Of a DNA stretch of 64,000 nt, positions 1 to 15,007 are shown piece after piece. Location: positions 97,774,001 to 97,838,000 of the forward strand of contig NC_043000.1 of assembly GCF_006345805.1 (NCBI RefSeq), read 5' to 3'. Numbering within the stretch: the first letter of the stretch is position 1; the number at the start of each line of letters is the position of its first letter. This DNA is from Octopus sinensis. Its lineage: Eukaryota. The notes below the pieces were generated by a model that worked only from the letters and a program-made list of their open reading frames with translations, had not been told where the DNA came from and did not search any database. The position numbers and the translations under genes are program-made.

Positions 1-734
1 GTAATTTTCTTTCTAGTGGTTAAATAGCTTAAGGAACTTGATGTTTTGTATTAAAATACTTCTCAAAAATCATTTAGCCTTTCTTCTTGGTAAGAGATTT
101 CATCAAAATATAATAGTCATTTTCACATTTCTATATATTACTAAGAGTATACAGTTGAATATATGAACCTACATCTTATCAAGACTAAGATAAGGTTTTC
201 TCTCTCTCATTCACACACACACACTTCATATCATCAAAGCATATTTCAAAACATTCCTTCCATTGTAGTTGTATTGTAATTATGGAAAACATTTCATAAA
301 TTACAACTGTTTCTTTCTAATTACATTAGCAGGTCAAACAACCATGTATAAATACCCTCAGCACAATAGCTTTTTAAAACAAGTTCAACAGATAAGCATG
401 TCACCTTATACAGACAGGAAGCTTCTATTTGGTTGCTTAACCTATTAGAAATAGCAGTCAAATTTCCCTCAAATTAAACCTGATATTAATCAAAGAAAGA
501 TTTGTTCTACAGAAAGATGGGGATGTCCAAGGCTAACCCATTCATCAACTGGTAGCTTATCTAGAGCAATTTAGTCCCTTATCTGTTAGGGGAAAAAATA
601 GTGCAAAAGCAAGAGACTCGGGATAAAAATATAAAGTAGAAGTTGGAGAAGGCTGCATTGACATTAGCTGTCATTTGACAAGGCTACATATACAAAATAG
701 TTTTATACCATTAGACTTATTTTATAAAATATTG

Positions 735-960
735 GCATGACTTTATGGCTAAGAAGCTCACTTTGCAACCATATGGTTTCAGGATCAAACAGCACCATTG
801 GCAAGTGTCTTCTATTATAACCATGGACTGATGAATGTCTTGTGAGTGAATATGGTAGATGGAAACTTTGTGGAAACACATCATATATATATATATATAT
901 ATATATATGTTTGTGTGTGCTCACTCACCCACTGCCTGACAACTAGTATTAGTTTTTCTT
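735..960 (+). mobile_element. Degraded tRNA-derived (CORE-type) SINE with internal (TA)n
   Basis: tggctaagaagctcactttgcaaccatatggtttcaggatcaaac head followed by gtcttgtgagtgaatatggtagatggaaact, matching the SINE body repeated at 14650-15007, 18275-18670 and 53060-53420. Confidence 0.55.
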
Positions 961-2489
961 TTCTTTTTGTAGTTTCAGCTCATCATAATTTTTAAAAACT
1001 TATTTAGTTGAAAATTTCTTTTGGGTTTCTATGTTTTTTAACACAAATGTAATTACAAGTGTAGGTGAAGGAAAACTACAATAAATATAGATAAATATAT
1101 ACTGTTCCTCACACATACTTCCAGGAAAATCACACATTCCTCCTCCTTTGGTATTAAGATAGTAAATCCAAATTATCAGTGAAAGCATCGGTATTACAGC
1201 ACACATAGTTTCATGTATCCTTAGGTAGACAGCAAGTTACACAACATGATTCATGTAATGCACTTTTGGTGTAACATGTCTTCCAAATTACATTTGACTG
1301 ATGTCATCAACTATAGCAATCTCAACCAGTCTAGGAAGAGGGTTTGTAAAGGTTATGAACAATGCCCCAACTCCCCCCTTCACCTCATATTTTTTTTTAA
1401 TGTATTCAATTCTGATAGTAAATTTTAAGGATGTACCTCTCTTTGATAGTTAACTCCATTAAGCATATGGTATTCACATAAATGCTTAACTATGAAAGAA
1501 AATACTTTGAAACTTTAGAAAACAAAAGCACAGCTGATAACAAATAAAAAAAAAATTTTTTTTTAATATTGAAGAAAAAGAAAAAGTTTTATACTGATGT
1601 TGATCCAAGACTTCTAAGAATACAAATCTCTTTGAAAAACAGTTTTCATTGTTTTGTCTTTACAAAAGAATGTGTAGTAATAAATAAACAGAAAAAAATT
1701 TATTAATTAGAACAAGAATAAGTAAGAATTGATGAAAAAATATTCATCTTCAGAGTTATGATTAAAAAAACAACAAAATGTGATGAAGTTTTAAGAAAAT
1801 CTAAAAATAAAATATTATTGGTCAGCTTCAGTTTATAATAAATAAAAAGCCTAAAATGTGTTAAAATGAATAGAAATTGTGTTTCTTTTTTTATTTTTGA
1901 ATTTTCTCTTTCTACAGTTTTATTAATGAAGAAATTTCTATTTCTACCATAAATGAAATGTTAAGGGAGGAAAGTCGGGGGAAAAAGGGGTGGTGGCAAA
2001 ACATAAAAACAAATGTGATAGAGAAATATGACAAGCATGAATCATTGCATTACAAGTTGTTTTTAGTTAGTAGAAGTGATTGGTAAACAATAATTCCAAA
2101 TATAAAATTCTCTCAGTGTGTGGTGTGAGAGAGAGAGAGAGATAGTATGACAATAAGAGATGTGTCACTATTATGATGAATGGCAATGGATTGACAGAAC
2201 CATTAGAGTATCAGATAAAATATGTTGTAGCTCTCTATGTTCTAAGTTCAATCATTCTAAAGTTGATCAAATCAAGTACCACTCAAATACTGGAGTTGAT
2301 TAATCACCCCCCTCTCCACTCTCACTCAACAATAAATGAATAATTCCAGATATGTGCCTGTCTTTTATTTATTTCAGTCATTAGACTGCAGCCATGCTGG
2401 GGCCCTGCCTTGAAGAATTTTTAGTTGAATGAATCAACCCTAGGACTTATTTTCAAGAAATTACTATTAGGATGAGGGCAGGAAAGACA

Positions 2490-2680
2490 AAGGTTGGCAG
2501 AATCAGTAGAATGTCAGATAAACTGCCTTGTGGTATTTATTTAGTCATGGCCCTTTACATTCAGTGTTCAAATTCTGGTAAAGTCAGGAAAGTAAAATAT
2601 CAGTTAAGTACTGAAGATAATACATAATCACCCACTTGTTCAAATTCGTGGTCTTGTGCCAATGTTCAAAGCCATTATTA
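2490..2680 (+). mobile_element. tRNA-derived SINE (family with a long A-box/B-box spacer), degraded; similar copy at about 2170-2330
   Basis: ttggcagaatc (A box) ... gttcaaattc (B box) ... ggtcttgtgccaatgttcaaa; same layout as 21659-22110. Confidence 0.55.
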
Positions 2681-3320
2681 TGAAGGACAGAAAACTGAGA
2701 TGATTTGATGCAACCAAGCTAGCATGATGAATATAGGAATGAGAGAGAGAGGCACAAAAATGTCAGCAGTTCAAATTTTTTTCTTTTTCTCATTTTGGAT
2801 TGTGTTTGAGTGTAGCACAGACCAATATATTTGTGAGTCTTATAAAAATGTATCACATCAACATCTGTTTTCTATGCTGACATGGGTTGGATGGCTTGAC
2901 AGAAACTGGCAAGACCAGGGGTGCATACCAGATTCCATAGTCTGTTTTGGTTTGATTTCTACAGCTGGATGCTTTTCATGTGACACCATCACCAGGACTT
3001 AAGGTATAATGTATAAAAAATATTTCTTTTTATACAGAAGGTATAAAAGAAATATTTTTTTCCCAATCAGTAACATAAAGCAGGCATGGGCAACATTTTG
3101 TTTTTCTCAAGAGGTGTGCCACATGAGTTCTGGTTCATCAGGTAGGCCACACTCTAACACCATTCAAGAATATTTTTTTTTATTAGGTATGCCATTTGAA
3201 AAGTGCTGCAGGCTACAGTTTGTTCATGATATAAAGTCCAAAAACTTCACAAGTTCACTTGTCCTGGCCTCTACCCGCTATGCTTATAATATAAATGTCC
3301 AAGAAATTTCAATTGATTAA

Positions 3321-3540
3321 CCCTTTCATTACTGTATTTATTTTGAGATTCTCTGTTTTTCTCTCAATTATTTTAAATATAACAAAGAATTTAGTAAAAT
3401 AACTTGGTTATCATTAAGCTAGTGTTAGGAACATTAATTGTGACTAAGGTTTGGTGAAAGATTTTAATTCAAAGCTTATGAAAACAAGACATTTGTACTC
3501 AGAGCCAGGGCCGGTTTCAGCCGGGTTAGTAACGAAAGAG
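3321..3540. mobile_element. piggyBac-type MITE (family B), relatively young
   Basis: TTAA at 3317-3320 and 3541-3544; TIRs ccctttcattact / agtaacgaaagag (11 of 13 complementary); CpGs retained. Older relatives at about 3683-3890, 22213-22423 and 32711-32971. Confidence 0.75.
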
Positions 3541-6500
3541 TTAAAGCCACAAAATATCAAATATCAAATATTTTTTTAAAAAATTTTTAAGCAAAGATGT
3601 AAGAGCCCAGAAAGGTTCAATTCCAGTGATTTCCCACACTGAAATGAGTTCACAGATTTGTAAAGAAATGGGTAGTAGACTATTAAACCATTTGGTACTA
3701 TATTTCTATTGAAATTCATTGCCTTTGGTTCAATAGATTTTGAAAATAACAAAAAAATTTAGTAAAATAATTTCGTCATTGTGAAGTTGGTGTTCGGAAC
3801 ATAAATTAACATGAAATTTTAATGGTAAGGTTTTATACGTATCACTTTAAAAACAGAGGGGACTGTCTAAGGTGGCTTGGTATCAAAAGCTATTGCACAT
3901 TACTGGACCACTGACAGATTGGAAGGCAAATCAAACTCCAGTACTAAGATTAGAACTCAAAACATAGGACAGCAGTAAATTCCATAAAGTAGTTAAATTT
4001 AATGAAATGCTCACAGTAGATTTGAATCCAAGCCCTGTAAGCTAGTAATCCTACATACTCTTGAGATAATATAATGAAATGTAACTTTCACAAATACATA
4101 TATTATGCACGAAGAAGAGAAGTTATTGAACATACTCCCCTTTGTCATTGAGGTGAATGTTTACATAGGTTACCATTTAAATATATTACAATTGTAAACA
4201 TGTTAAGTTAATGGTCTGCACAAATGTTTGATTACCACTTATTTTGCAGACAATAACTTTCTTTTGTGTACTAAAGGTAGGTTGATATTTGCACTAGAAA
4301 TACTATTCACTTTCAAACAAAATGACTGGGAAGACTGGATATACTTACAATGTGGGGTACTTAATTTAGTTGTGATGAAAGTATTAGAGAGAGAGATAAG
4401 TTAAAGAGTAAGGGTGGGGATCATTAGAAGACTGGGTTTAAGAGAAACAGAATTGAGAATTAATTGAATAAACAATAAGATGAAATGAAATGTAAACAGT
4501 TAAAATAATATTGCTGTCAAAAACCAGATGCAATGATGGCAAATTTCATCATTACTATCATCATAATATTCTAATGGAAAATAATACTGACCACAGTAGG
4601 ATTTGATCTCAGAACAAGGAAGGAGAGAAGTAGATACAGTAAAGTAATTATTGCAGTGTTACATTGCTTCAACCATCTCCAAAGTTTTGTCATGTGACAT
4701 CAGTAAAAACGGGAAATAAAAGTGCATTATTATATTGTATAGGAAATAAAAGTGCATCATATTTTGAAGCATGATTAACTGTTCAAATTAGTGGACAATA
4801 TACTCTTAAAATCTTTTTCATGAAAGACAATATCTATGTTTTAATTAATTGTGAAAAATAATTAAATTGAGTGGGCTTTAGTAAAATAATTAGTAAATTA
4901 ATTTTTCCATCATTAAGCTGGTGTTTAGAACATAACTTAATAAAATATGCCTAGCAGCACATAACCAGATATAGATTCAGAGAGAGTTAGTATGCAAGCA
5001 ACCCCTTTGAAAAAATTGAAGAAATATCTAGCTACAGCTACTTAAAAAGAAAAAAAAAAAAAAAAAAAGAAAACAGCACAAATTGAGACAGATAATTTCC
5101 TGTCTTATTAGAAAAAAAACAACAAAAAAACAAAAAAAAAAAATTGGCAAAACTAAAGGAGAAATAATTTCTTTTGCATATTTTCTAAACCCAAACACTA
5201 TGAGTGTGACATTAAGGTGCTGATTGACTGACTTTTGATGGGTGTTTCTATCTACAATTAAAATAATCTCAGTTGATAAGTTTTTCAACTTACAATGTAG
5301 CATGTGTGAACCTGCAGCATTTGTTTTTGTGAAGTATTCCTCAATCATACTGTTACTATTGAACAAAAGCAAAAAATTTGCTTGCTTTAGTTTTGGCTGA
5401 GTGATGTAAAATACGCCCAGTTTTACAGCTGAGTGATTAGTAGGGAGATCATCTAATTTTAATGAATAATAACTACACAGCATCAAGACAGTAGTTTGAC
5501 CAACTATAAATATCCTCAAATCACATTCTACCACTCAGAAAAAAGACGGGCACACTGGCCAATGCAATCCTAAACGTGCAAAAAGACTGAATAATCATGA
5601 TTGGAACAACTATGATTTAAAGTGCAGCTCACTCATAAGTTGATCAGGAGTTACACCACAATAACTTAAAAACTGTTTTAATGACAAAAAGAGTGACTAA
5701 TCTGATGAAAAAAAATCTTCATTTATGCATCAGCCTCCGACCTATTTTCTCACTGATATCTTATACTGATATATTGGTAAAGAGAACATTCATACACATG
5801 TTTCTACAGTCTTACATATCATCTATTCACAAGGTACTGATCTACTAACGATATCATTGAAGATACTTGCATAAAGTAAAGGACAATGGAACCAATCCTA
5901 GCACCATGTGAATGCAAAATAAATTCCTTAAGCACCTTCACCACACCAGTACCCATGTTCCTTGACAGAAACCTGCCTGCTTCATATTTAAAACCTTCCA
6001 TGAATTTCATGAAATAATCTGTTTTTGGTTAGGTTTTAAAAACTAGATAGAAATAAATGCAATAAAAAAGAATTATTTTATTGAATTCTTGATTATTTTC
6101 AAAGTAGAAACAAAGGCAGTGTAATTTCATTAAAAATACAGTCACAAAAGGTTTGTTGTTGACAATGTTTACACATAGAATGAACCCTTGGTGACCCTGA
6201 TAATTTCAAGATAAATGAAAGCAATTTATAATGCTGATTTGTTCCAGGCTTGTCAAAGCATTTGAGCATATTTTCTGCAAGTTAACAAAATGTTTGACAT
6301 ATGTATCTCTGATACTTATAGCTACATGCTGTGGTACACACCATACACAGTTTCAATCAACTCTGTGAAGTTTGGCATTGAAAATTGCCTTTAGTAGAGA
6401 TCTGAGAATCTGCAAGTGAACAAACACTCGAATGACCTAGCTTGATGCGAGTCACTAATAGAATAAAGTTGACTGAATCGAGCTACAAACACATGGAGTG

Positions 6501-9500
6501 GAACAATTACTTTTTGACATCCAATAGATGAAAGAAAAACAAAGTTGACTTTGGTGCAATTTCAACTTTGAAATAGAAGAATGAAGAAACAAAATACTGT
6601 TGGATATATTACTCTACTGCGCTACTGGCTATATGAGATGACAAAATCATTACTTTCTAGTTTGAGTTTCCTCCTTCTTCATGGATTGGCAAATGGTAAT
6701 GGTGCTATATTCAGAAGCTGGAAAACAGCATTGTACAACAGCATCAATTCAGTGGCAAAGTGAACATCTACTTCTTAGAAAGATTTTATATTTTGTGCTT
6801 AACCCATCAACTGTGGTGTTGTTTCTCATCTTTTTTCTATGTGCTAATTCTCACTCTACTGTTTAGAAGCTACATCTGTTAAAGGGTAATATATTTGAAC
6901 TGGCATGCAGTGAGTCAAGCTAGACTGTGACATCAAAGATAGCAGGAGAGAAATTATCCCAGATACATCAGTGAGCTTGCCACTCATCAACTGGAGAAGT
7001 AAGTCCATACTGATGGACAGTGCTGCAGTGTACTAACTGGTGGATAAGTTAATCTGCTTGAGGTCTAATTTGGGCCAGATCACCAGGCAAACAAGAATGG
7101 TCATTCTCACCCAGAAATGGTCAGAGAAAACATAGCAAATTCTTATACTGCCTCACTTATACACACACACACACCAGAGAGAATTCGCTTATCTTTATTG
7201 TTGTGCTGATAATTTTTTTGGACAAGGTTCTCATGGCTGGGTGTCCTTCCTACAACCTACACTTTACAGCATGAACCGAATGCATTTTATTGGGCCACTT
7301 GGACTAGAGAGCTATGGTAAAATCAAGAGTCCCCTCTACTCAGTATCAGTTACTATTTGGTATTGCTGCTATTTTGTTATAATGTTAACAATTCTGTAGG
7401 TTGAATGGATCTCTGGCAAACCTGATGATTTCAAAAACATAGGAATTTATATTCTTTGCTTACTCCAGCCATGTCAAAAAATTTGAGTATATGCTGTTCC
7501 ATTTACACTTACAAAATCCATGTTTCCACTGTCCATTGTTTTTACAACAAATTCTATGGTTAGATGCCTTTCCTAACACCAACTACTTTACAATGTTGAC
7601 TGGGTACATTTTATTATTAACACAAGAAAGACTATTGTGACTAGACTAAAGAGTACACTTTATAGTAAAAGCTAACTTCTTATTCTAAAAACATCTTGTT
7701 AGTAAAACTAAAGAATAGTGTAACATATGATGTAATATAATAGTTTGTCTTTAATTCATTTTTGTTTTCATTCTCTAAATATAAGCAAATTTTATAGTAC
7801 TGAACTTCAAGCATTTTCATAACTTAATAAAGTCAATATTTTTAACTAAATTAATTTGCACCCAATTTATGGTATAAATAACACCCAGTAATAATATGTG
7901 AGTCAATGTTTAGCAACTTAAGTAGGTATAATTTACTTTACCACATTTTGTTGGTAACTAATGATTCCTTAGAAACAAAGCTGTAACAATTTAAATAGCT
8001 ATTAGTTAACAAGCAATACTTAAATATCTGAGTTGAAGAAGCCTATGTTACCAAATACTTTATGTTAAACAACAAGCAAACAAATGAGAAAGCTTCTATA
8101 CAACTGATTGACTTGCAAGAAACAGCAACCAAATTTCTTTCAAATTACCGCCTTAAAAATAGAATGACACATTGCATAATGTAGTAATAGTTGGAAGTAA
8201 TTCAATCAAACACTTGTTTGAACAGGGTCTGCCTAAGGCTAAACAACATCTATGTAAACATTGTTAACAAGGAAGCATCAGCGTGGATTCTCAACTTGCT
8301 ACAAATAGCAAGAAATTGCTATCTTCAAATCATAATTCTCAGATATTTCCTTATCGTAAAAAAAAAAAAGGACACACATATTAGGCAATATAGTACATGA
8401 TGCATTGGCCGGATAACAAGACAAAATGGTCATCGCTAAAGCACATTAGATCACAGATTTTCTAGCTGAGCACTGAGCTGGAATCAAACAACAACTAACA
8501 AATTTACAAGCATTTGAGTAACACTGGTTTGAAAATGCACACAGCAGTGCATGTGATTATCATACCATAAATAAGCTGTATAAACCCTGTAGAAGTTTTG
8601 AATTTTTTTTTTTTTTTCATTTTTATCTGTCACATATGTTAGAAGCCTTGCAGGTCACCTACTGGTCTTAAGAGACATCTTAGAAGATACAGACTTAATG
8701 GAGATTATTGGGATGATATAAGATTAATTGAGATGGCTAATCATCTGTCAACATGAAGCAATCATATAAAACATACACATGCAGAAAGAGAGGGAAATAA
8801 TGATGAGAAGACAGACAGACGGGGGAAAATAGTACAAATACATATATGGTAACTTGTCCTGGGAGGACAGTGACAGAATAAAAATTGATTCATGATAGTT
8901 GTAACTTGCAGACAAACTCTCTTGCTGATGGCACAATACATCCAGCCACACCAAAAGAAAAAAAAAGGAACATGGATCCCTCAAGTTGTAGAAAAAGTCA
9001 CTAATCGAAATGAAGGGTAAAACTAAATAGAAACTGATTGAGAGTGGCGATGACTTGTTAGTTCTGTCACAGGTACTCAATATAGAAGCATCCAGTCAGT
9101 AATAAGAAGGGCAACCAACCACAAATACAGGCCAGGACTGGCTAAATGCCGAAGAATAGTGCCACAATATGTGGTGTGTTCTGACCAAACCATCTCAGGA
9201 TAGAAAGATAGACATTAAATGATAAGAGACAGTAAGACAGCCTTTGTGCGTGTGCGTGCACACAGAGATAAAAGAAATAGAATGAATGTATACATAAAGA
9301 TATGCATGAATGAATGAATGTATATGAGCGAGTGTGTGAGCTCATTTCAACTTCCCACTTATTTTTTCCAACATTTTTATATTTCTCCACCACGGTCTGA
9401 CACTGAGTCTACCTAGATGAGAAACAGGTTCCACTATTGCTTTGAAGTTTGATGATTAATTATACCAGGTGCTTTCCAACAGCACAACTGCTACAACAAA

Positions 9501-10429
9501 TAGCAAATATTTAGGGTTTAATAAAAATAACAACGAAAAGACTGGAATAAAACAAATGAAAGTTAGTATGGGAAAATGAATGTAAAAATAAACAGTGAGG
9601 GGAAGAATCCAGAATTAAATACACGAATTACAACAGTTCCTCTCCAGTTTAATTCATATTGAAAAGAACAGTGCAAAAGTAATAACTGTTTCAGTCAAGA
9701 CCAGTCCTTACTTTGCCCCCCCCCCTAGATATATAATGTATCTTGGACTACGGTATTCCAATATGGCATTCATTTATTTTTAACTGACTGCTTCCCACCG
9801 CCTCATGAACGTGTAATATAATTAATTCAGTCAATGTAAACCCATTTTCTCATTCATAAATCATTTATAGCCAATAGTATAGATTTTCTTTTAGGATGTA
9901 TTAATATTCTCAGTATGTATTTAAGCATTATACTGTCTTAATTAAAAATCCACATGCATCATTTTCAAGTTCTAAATAAGATTTTCATTAACCTCTAAGA
10001 CAAACTCCTTTTGCTGTTTTAGAATATATTAAAATTTTTGCAATATGTATGTATCTAAGCACAGTGTTTATTTGAAGTAAAAATTTTCATGTGTTATTTT
10101 TAAGTTCCAAGTAAGATTATCATTAATCTCTTGCAGGCTTACAATCTCCCTTCTGTTTTCCTACCCCTTTCAAACCACCCCATCTTAATGTCAGTTGTAC
10201 ACAAAATACCTTCTAGCTAGTTTTCTTTTTCTTTTTTTTTTTTTTTAAACTATCTCTCTGGCCCTGAATTTTGAGGAACTAGAGAAATAATGATTTACTT
10301 CAGTGATAATATTAATATTTGTATATCTGATGTGTATGAACAGTTTGCCTGCAGGCAAACATTTCCACAAACATTCTTTTCACATGTTGAAAGATGTTCT
10401 CCAGTTCCCAACAAACTCTTCCCATCAAT

Positions 10430-12477
10430 TTTGTAACTTAGGGTGGCCACAATGAAAGGTATGTCTGGTGAGGTATTTGAAATGCTTGAACAAACACATG
10501 TAGATGTGTGTTGCATGCAAGAGATAAGATAGAGGGAAAACTCAACCAAATTCCTCATGTCAAGGTGCATAGGTATAAATTCTTCTGGGTAGGCAAGAGT
10601 GATAATAGTGTGAGTGGTGTAAGTATACTCATAGCAGAAAAATGGGTAAGAGATCATAGTAGTCAGAGTGTGCAGTAAAATACTTAAGCTTGACTAGTCT
10701 TGGAAAATATGACTGCAACTTTTATATCTGCTTATGTTCTTCAATTGAGATGCCTGCCTTCATAGCTGGTGACTTCAGTGGACATGTTGAGCATGTAGGA
10801 TATGGATTTAGAACTTGAAATGGAGGGAATAAGGCTCTTTGAGTTCTGTAATGCAAATGACCTAACAACAAGCAACACTAACTTCAAGGAACCATCCAGT
10901 CACCTAATTACCTATCAGTCTGGTGGGTATAAGCCAGACTGATTGCATTCCCACCAGAAAGTGGGAAACACATCATTGTAAATACAAAATCTTCCCCTTT
11001 GTAGAAGGTGACTACAGATGTAGTACTAGAAAGACTTGGAAACGCAAGCCTATCTGAAAAAGGAAGATGTGAAAGCTTAAAAATCCATTCAACAATGAGA
11101 GAAGTCATAACTGAAGACAAAGAAAAGGATGATGATGTAGAGATATATAATGTAGAGGGCAACTGGAAGTTCTTATGGAACAATCTACTGAAGACTGCAG
11201 ACTAAATCCGTGGCTGGTACAAAGGTCCAGCTAGACTAAGGATGATGTGGACAGAGTGGAAAAAAGTGACTGAAACAAGCTTGGAAGGATTGGAAAAATC
11301 AGGTTAGCATTCCAGTAGCTAAAAGAGAAAAACTAGTTGGCAAGAATATTTAGCAAGGAGAGAAGCAAAAAGGAAAAGGCATTTATCTATCTATTTATGG
11401 AAGGTGAGGAAGAAAGATAAAAAGACGTCTAGTGAGGGTGTTTATGAATACCAACAGTATTAAACCATGTATATTTAACCTGTTGCTTTATGGTTTCTCT
11501 TATTCCACTGCTTCAAAAAACCATAAAATATGAAACCTCTCATTAGCAATGTCCCCTTCACATTCTAGCAGAAAAATATTTGTATTATTGCTCTACAACC
11601 TCAGCCAAAAGAGAAGCAGAAAAGAAGGACTTTGCCAATGTTCAGTGACGTGAGGACCAAAGAACTGAAGTATTTCAGATTGCAAGACAGTATGTGAGAG
11701 AAAAATGTGTCCACATGGATGGTGGTGCACTTGCTTTTAATGATTTTGCAAAGAAAGAGGCTTGGATATGCCATTATGAAAGGCTGCTGAATTTGGAGAA
11801 TGAATGGGAGGAGGAGAGCCTGTGAAATGTTGACCCAGTCGAGGGACCAGCTCCCTGAATCAATAGCACCCTGATGGATAAAGCAATTAAGGATATGAAG
11901 TCAGGAAAAGCCCTCAGCCCATCAAGAATCACTGCTGAGATGCTTAAAATATCTGGTGGTGTGGGTTATGGTCTAGTCACCTGTATTGTAAATCAGGTAG
12001 TTCATAAAGAAGTCATACCCAAAGACTGGCATAACAGCACCATAGTCAAATGCTACAAAGATAAAGGTGATGCTTTAGATAGAACTACAGGGGTATCAAA
12101 CTGCTAGATCAAGTGATGAAGGTTACAGAGAGGGTCACAACCCAACTAATTAGGAAGAGTGTCTGCTTAGATGAGATGCAGTTTGGTTTTGTGCTAGGTA
12201 GAAGCACCACTAAGGTTACATTTCTTGTAAAGCAACTGCAGGAGAAATACCTAGCCAAAGATAAATCCCTATACTTGGCTTTTGTTGACTTGGGAGAAAA
12301 CCTTTGACAGGGTCCCCACTACACTCTCGGAGTGGTTGGCGTTAGGAAGGGCATTCAGCTATAGAAACATTACCAGATCAGATTGGAGCTTGGTGCAGCC
12401 TCCTGGCTTGCCAATCCCCAGTCAAACCATCCAACCCATGCAAACATGGAAAACAGACATTAAACGATGATGATGAC
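10430..12477 (+). mobile_element. Old, internally deleted RTE-clade LINE (APE endonuclease, N-terminal RT, 3' tail)
   Basis: Broken frames give EMLEQTHVDVCCMQEI, FISAYVLQ, FIAGDFSGHV and EFCNANDLTTSNTNFKEPSSHLITYQSGG (APE), then AIKDMKSGKA..ITAEMLK, MQFGFVLGRSTT and YLAFVDL..FDRVP (RT). It then jumps to the RTE 3' tail ggttggcgttaggaagggc...(gat)n. Many stops and frameshifts; about 220 bp of foreign sequence near 11380-11600. Confidence 0.9.
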
Positions 12478-13345
12478 AAGGAGTAAATTAACCAAATTTA
12501 TTCATAAAGAATGCAAAGTGACAGACAAAACCAAAATTTTAATGACTTAAAACAAAATTTGGATATAATCCTTTGAATTGCTTATTTCATTGACTCAACC
12601 ACAAGGATGAAAAGCAAAGTAAAATTCATCAGGATTTGATCCTAATCATCTGTCTATTCTAGCATTTTACCTACTGTTAAAGAAGGAAATTGGAACTAAA
12701 ACTGTGTGATGTCAATGAATTTCTCAAGAAATGTAAATGGTTACAAGTACAATTAGAAACTTTGTTTTTAGTTTACTCTTCATCATCCACCTGATTTTGT
12801 TAGTGAAATATTAAAAGAAAAATTGAAAGAAAATAAGATTTTGATGAAGTAGAGTTAATGACTGTCTTAAAATATTTAACATAGAAAAATGACTAAGAAG
12901 TACATAAAAAAGAAGTTGGCTGAGATATCTTACTCATAGAAGACAGAATAAATGTAGGAATAATAGAGATTATTTACACAAAGAGTTTTACAAAGTAGCT
13001 TCTTTATACAGTTGTTTTTGATGGTCTGATCATCCCTGGTCCAGCAGAGATGTACTGAAAGGCCTCAGATCATCTCTGATCCAGTAGAGATGTACTGAAC
13101 AGCACTCCAATCATGACTAGCCCATCTTTTCATGATTGCATTAAATAATGCACCATCACTATTTCGGATGTAATTTGAGAATTGGCTGCTATTTCTAGCA
13201 GGTTGGGAAAACTCATATACACAGCATAAGGAAAAGTGAAAGCATGAATTCTATGTCAACAACAAGGAGCAATCAATGCTTTGCCAACAATATCAAAGTT
13301 TTCAAGACCTACACAAAAATCAGATTGAGAGAAGACAGGTTTTAA

Positions 13346-13545
13346 TCCTTTAGTCTTCAGATTACCCTCTCTAATATAGTGCTTATTTATTCACATTGTT
13401 TTCAATTAATCATGCATTATCTCATTGTTTTAAAACTTTGATGATGTGATATTTTTAGAATGATATTGTAGGGTCAGTGTGATTGGCCAGATCTGATCAT
13501 TTTGAACATAAAACATGTAGAATATTTGGGTAGGATGCTAAAGGG
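13346..13545. mobile_element. piggyBac-type MITE (family C)
   Basis: ttaa-tcctttag ... ctaaaggg-ttaa (TTAA at 13342-13345 and 13546-13549); body shared with 48618-48827, 54180-54361, 55540-55743 and 56005-56122. Confidence 0.7.
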
Positions 13546-14649
13546 TTAAATGTATTTTGCCTTGCAGTATTCTTAGTAAGAGAAATAACATCATTTACTA
13601 AGTAATAAGGGAAAGCAAATGTGTAAAAACTGTTCAAAGATATGCAAGATGAGCCCCTTGTAGCATTTGTCAAGTAAACTTATGTAACGATTGTCTCCAG
13701 CCATACCATATGGCTAATTTTCTAGATATATATAGGAAGTAATTTTTAGCAAAATATACATATTCTTCACTTTTTGTATGCATTCATATTTTATGTTAAT
13801 TTTGTATTAAATTAAAATATACATTATATCTTCAAGTGAACAAAATTACTTTTATAAAACAGCATTTAATCTGTGTTTATTGCAGAAAAAATGTTATAGA
13901 AATTTCATTAAATCTGAAGCATTGGAAGTTGTTTAAACATAAGACATTTATTAGTAAATATCTTAAAAATCCATTTTGGATATAAGGGTGTAAACATATA
14001 GTCATTTGGGCTGCAAATGGATTTTTTTTTTTTCTAGGAGAAATGAATGATTAATAAAGCTGTTGAGATAGTGTGGATCAAGTGTACAATAAAAAATCTA
14101 ATTTACACATTATATAAGGGAAAAGAAAAACAAAACTTGTCAGAATAAAGCAAAACAAAAGAAAAAGAACTAGATGCAATTAAAAACATTAGGAATACAA
14201 AAAGAGAAGGTGAGATGGGAGAGTAGAGATAATGCTCATGTATCAATCAAACAGGTCTTTCCAGAAGGCATGCTGCATAATAACAATAGCCTGAAAGCAA
14301 TATTAGAAATGAATTGTTTGCAGCTCCTTTGGAACAAAAGAATCAACAAACATAGTCATGCTAGACTGCAATCAGGCAGTGGATGCATAGTTGATACCAC
14401 CATGTATGTGCAGTCAAGCTTATTACATATGTAGTGCACCTGCAGTATGAAGAATAGTGGTACATTCAAGAAGAGAAAGCCGGAAAGCAGCTAGTAGATA
14501 AAAAGCTTCTTTATTTGCTGGCTTCCTTGGAAATTTTAGAAACTAAATAAACATTGGAGAAAGCCTGTTTCTAATTACTATTACACTGAGGAAAATTTTT
14601 TTTATACAGATTAAAAAGTTAAAATATAATACCAGGTATCTATTTTAAA

Positions 14650-15007
14650 CCTTGTTTCAGTCATTGGACTATGGTCATTTTGGGGCACTGCTTTAAGGGG
14701 TTTAGTTGAACAAATCAATCCTAGTCCTTATTTTAAAACCTGGGACTTATTCTATTAATCTCTTATGTCGAAATAAGTTACAGGGATGTAAACAAACCAA
14801 CACAAGTTATCAAGCAGTGGTGGGGAACAAAATGCACACACACACATACATGACAGGCTCCCACACAGTTTCTGCCTACCAAATTCATTCACAAGGCATT
14901 GTTTGGTCTGGAGTTATATTAGAAGGCATGCCCAAGGTGCCACACAGTATAACTGAACCCAAAATCACATGATTGCAAAGTGAGCTTCTTAACCATACAA
15001 CATTCCT
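14650..15007 (-). mobile_element. Near full-length tRNA/CORE-type SINE; a second tandem degraded copy at about 15030-15362
   Basis: Reverse-complemented tail cttgtttcagtcattggact..., body cacagtttctgcctaccaaattcattcacaaggc, gcccaaggtgccacacag...actgaaccc (B-box region) and gagcttcttaaccat head. Confidence 0.7.

Noticed and set aside
5028-5534. 168-aa minus-strand ORF (and the similar 33487-33984 ORF)
   Set aside because: Low-complexity F/L-rich translation of poly-T and CT tracts; no domain motifs.
13025-13105. Short tandem duplications (about 42 bp here, 30 bp at 4711-4765, 54 bp at 23548-23648)
   Set aside because: Two-copy local slippage duplications with no further structure.
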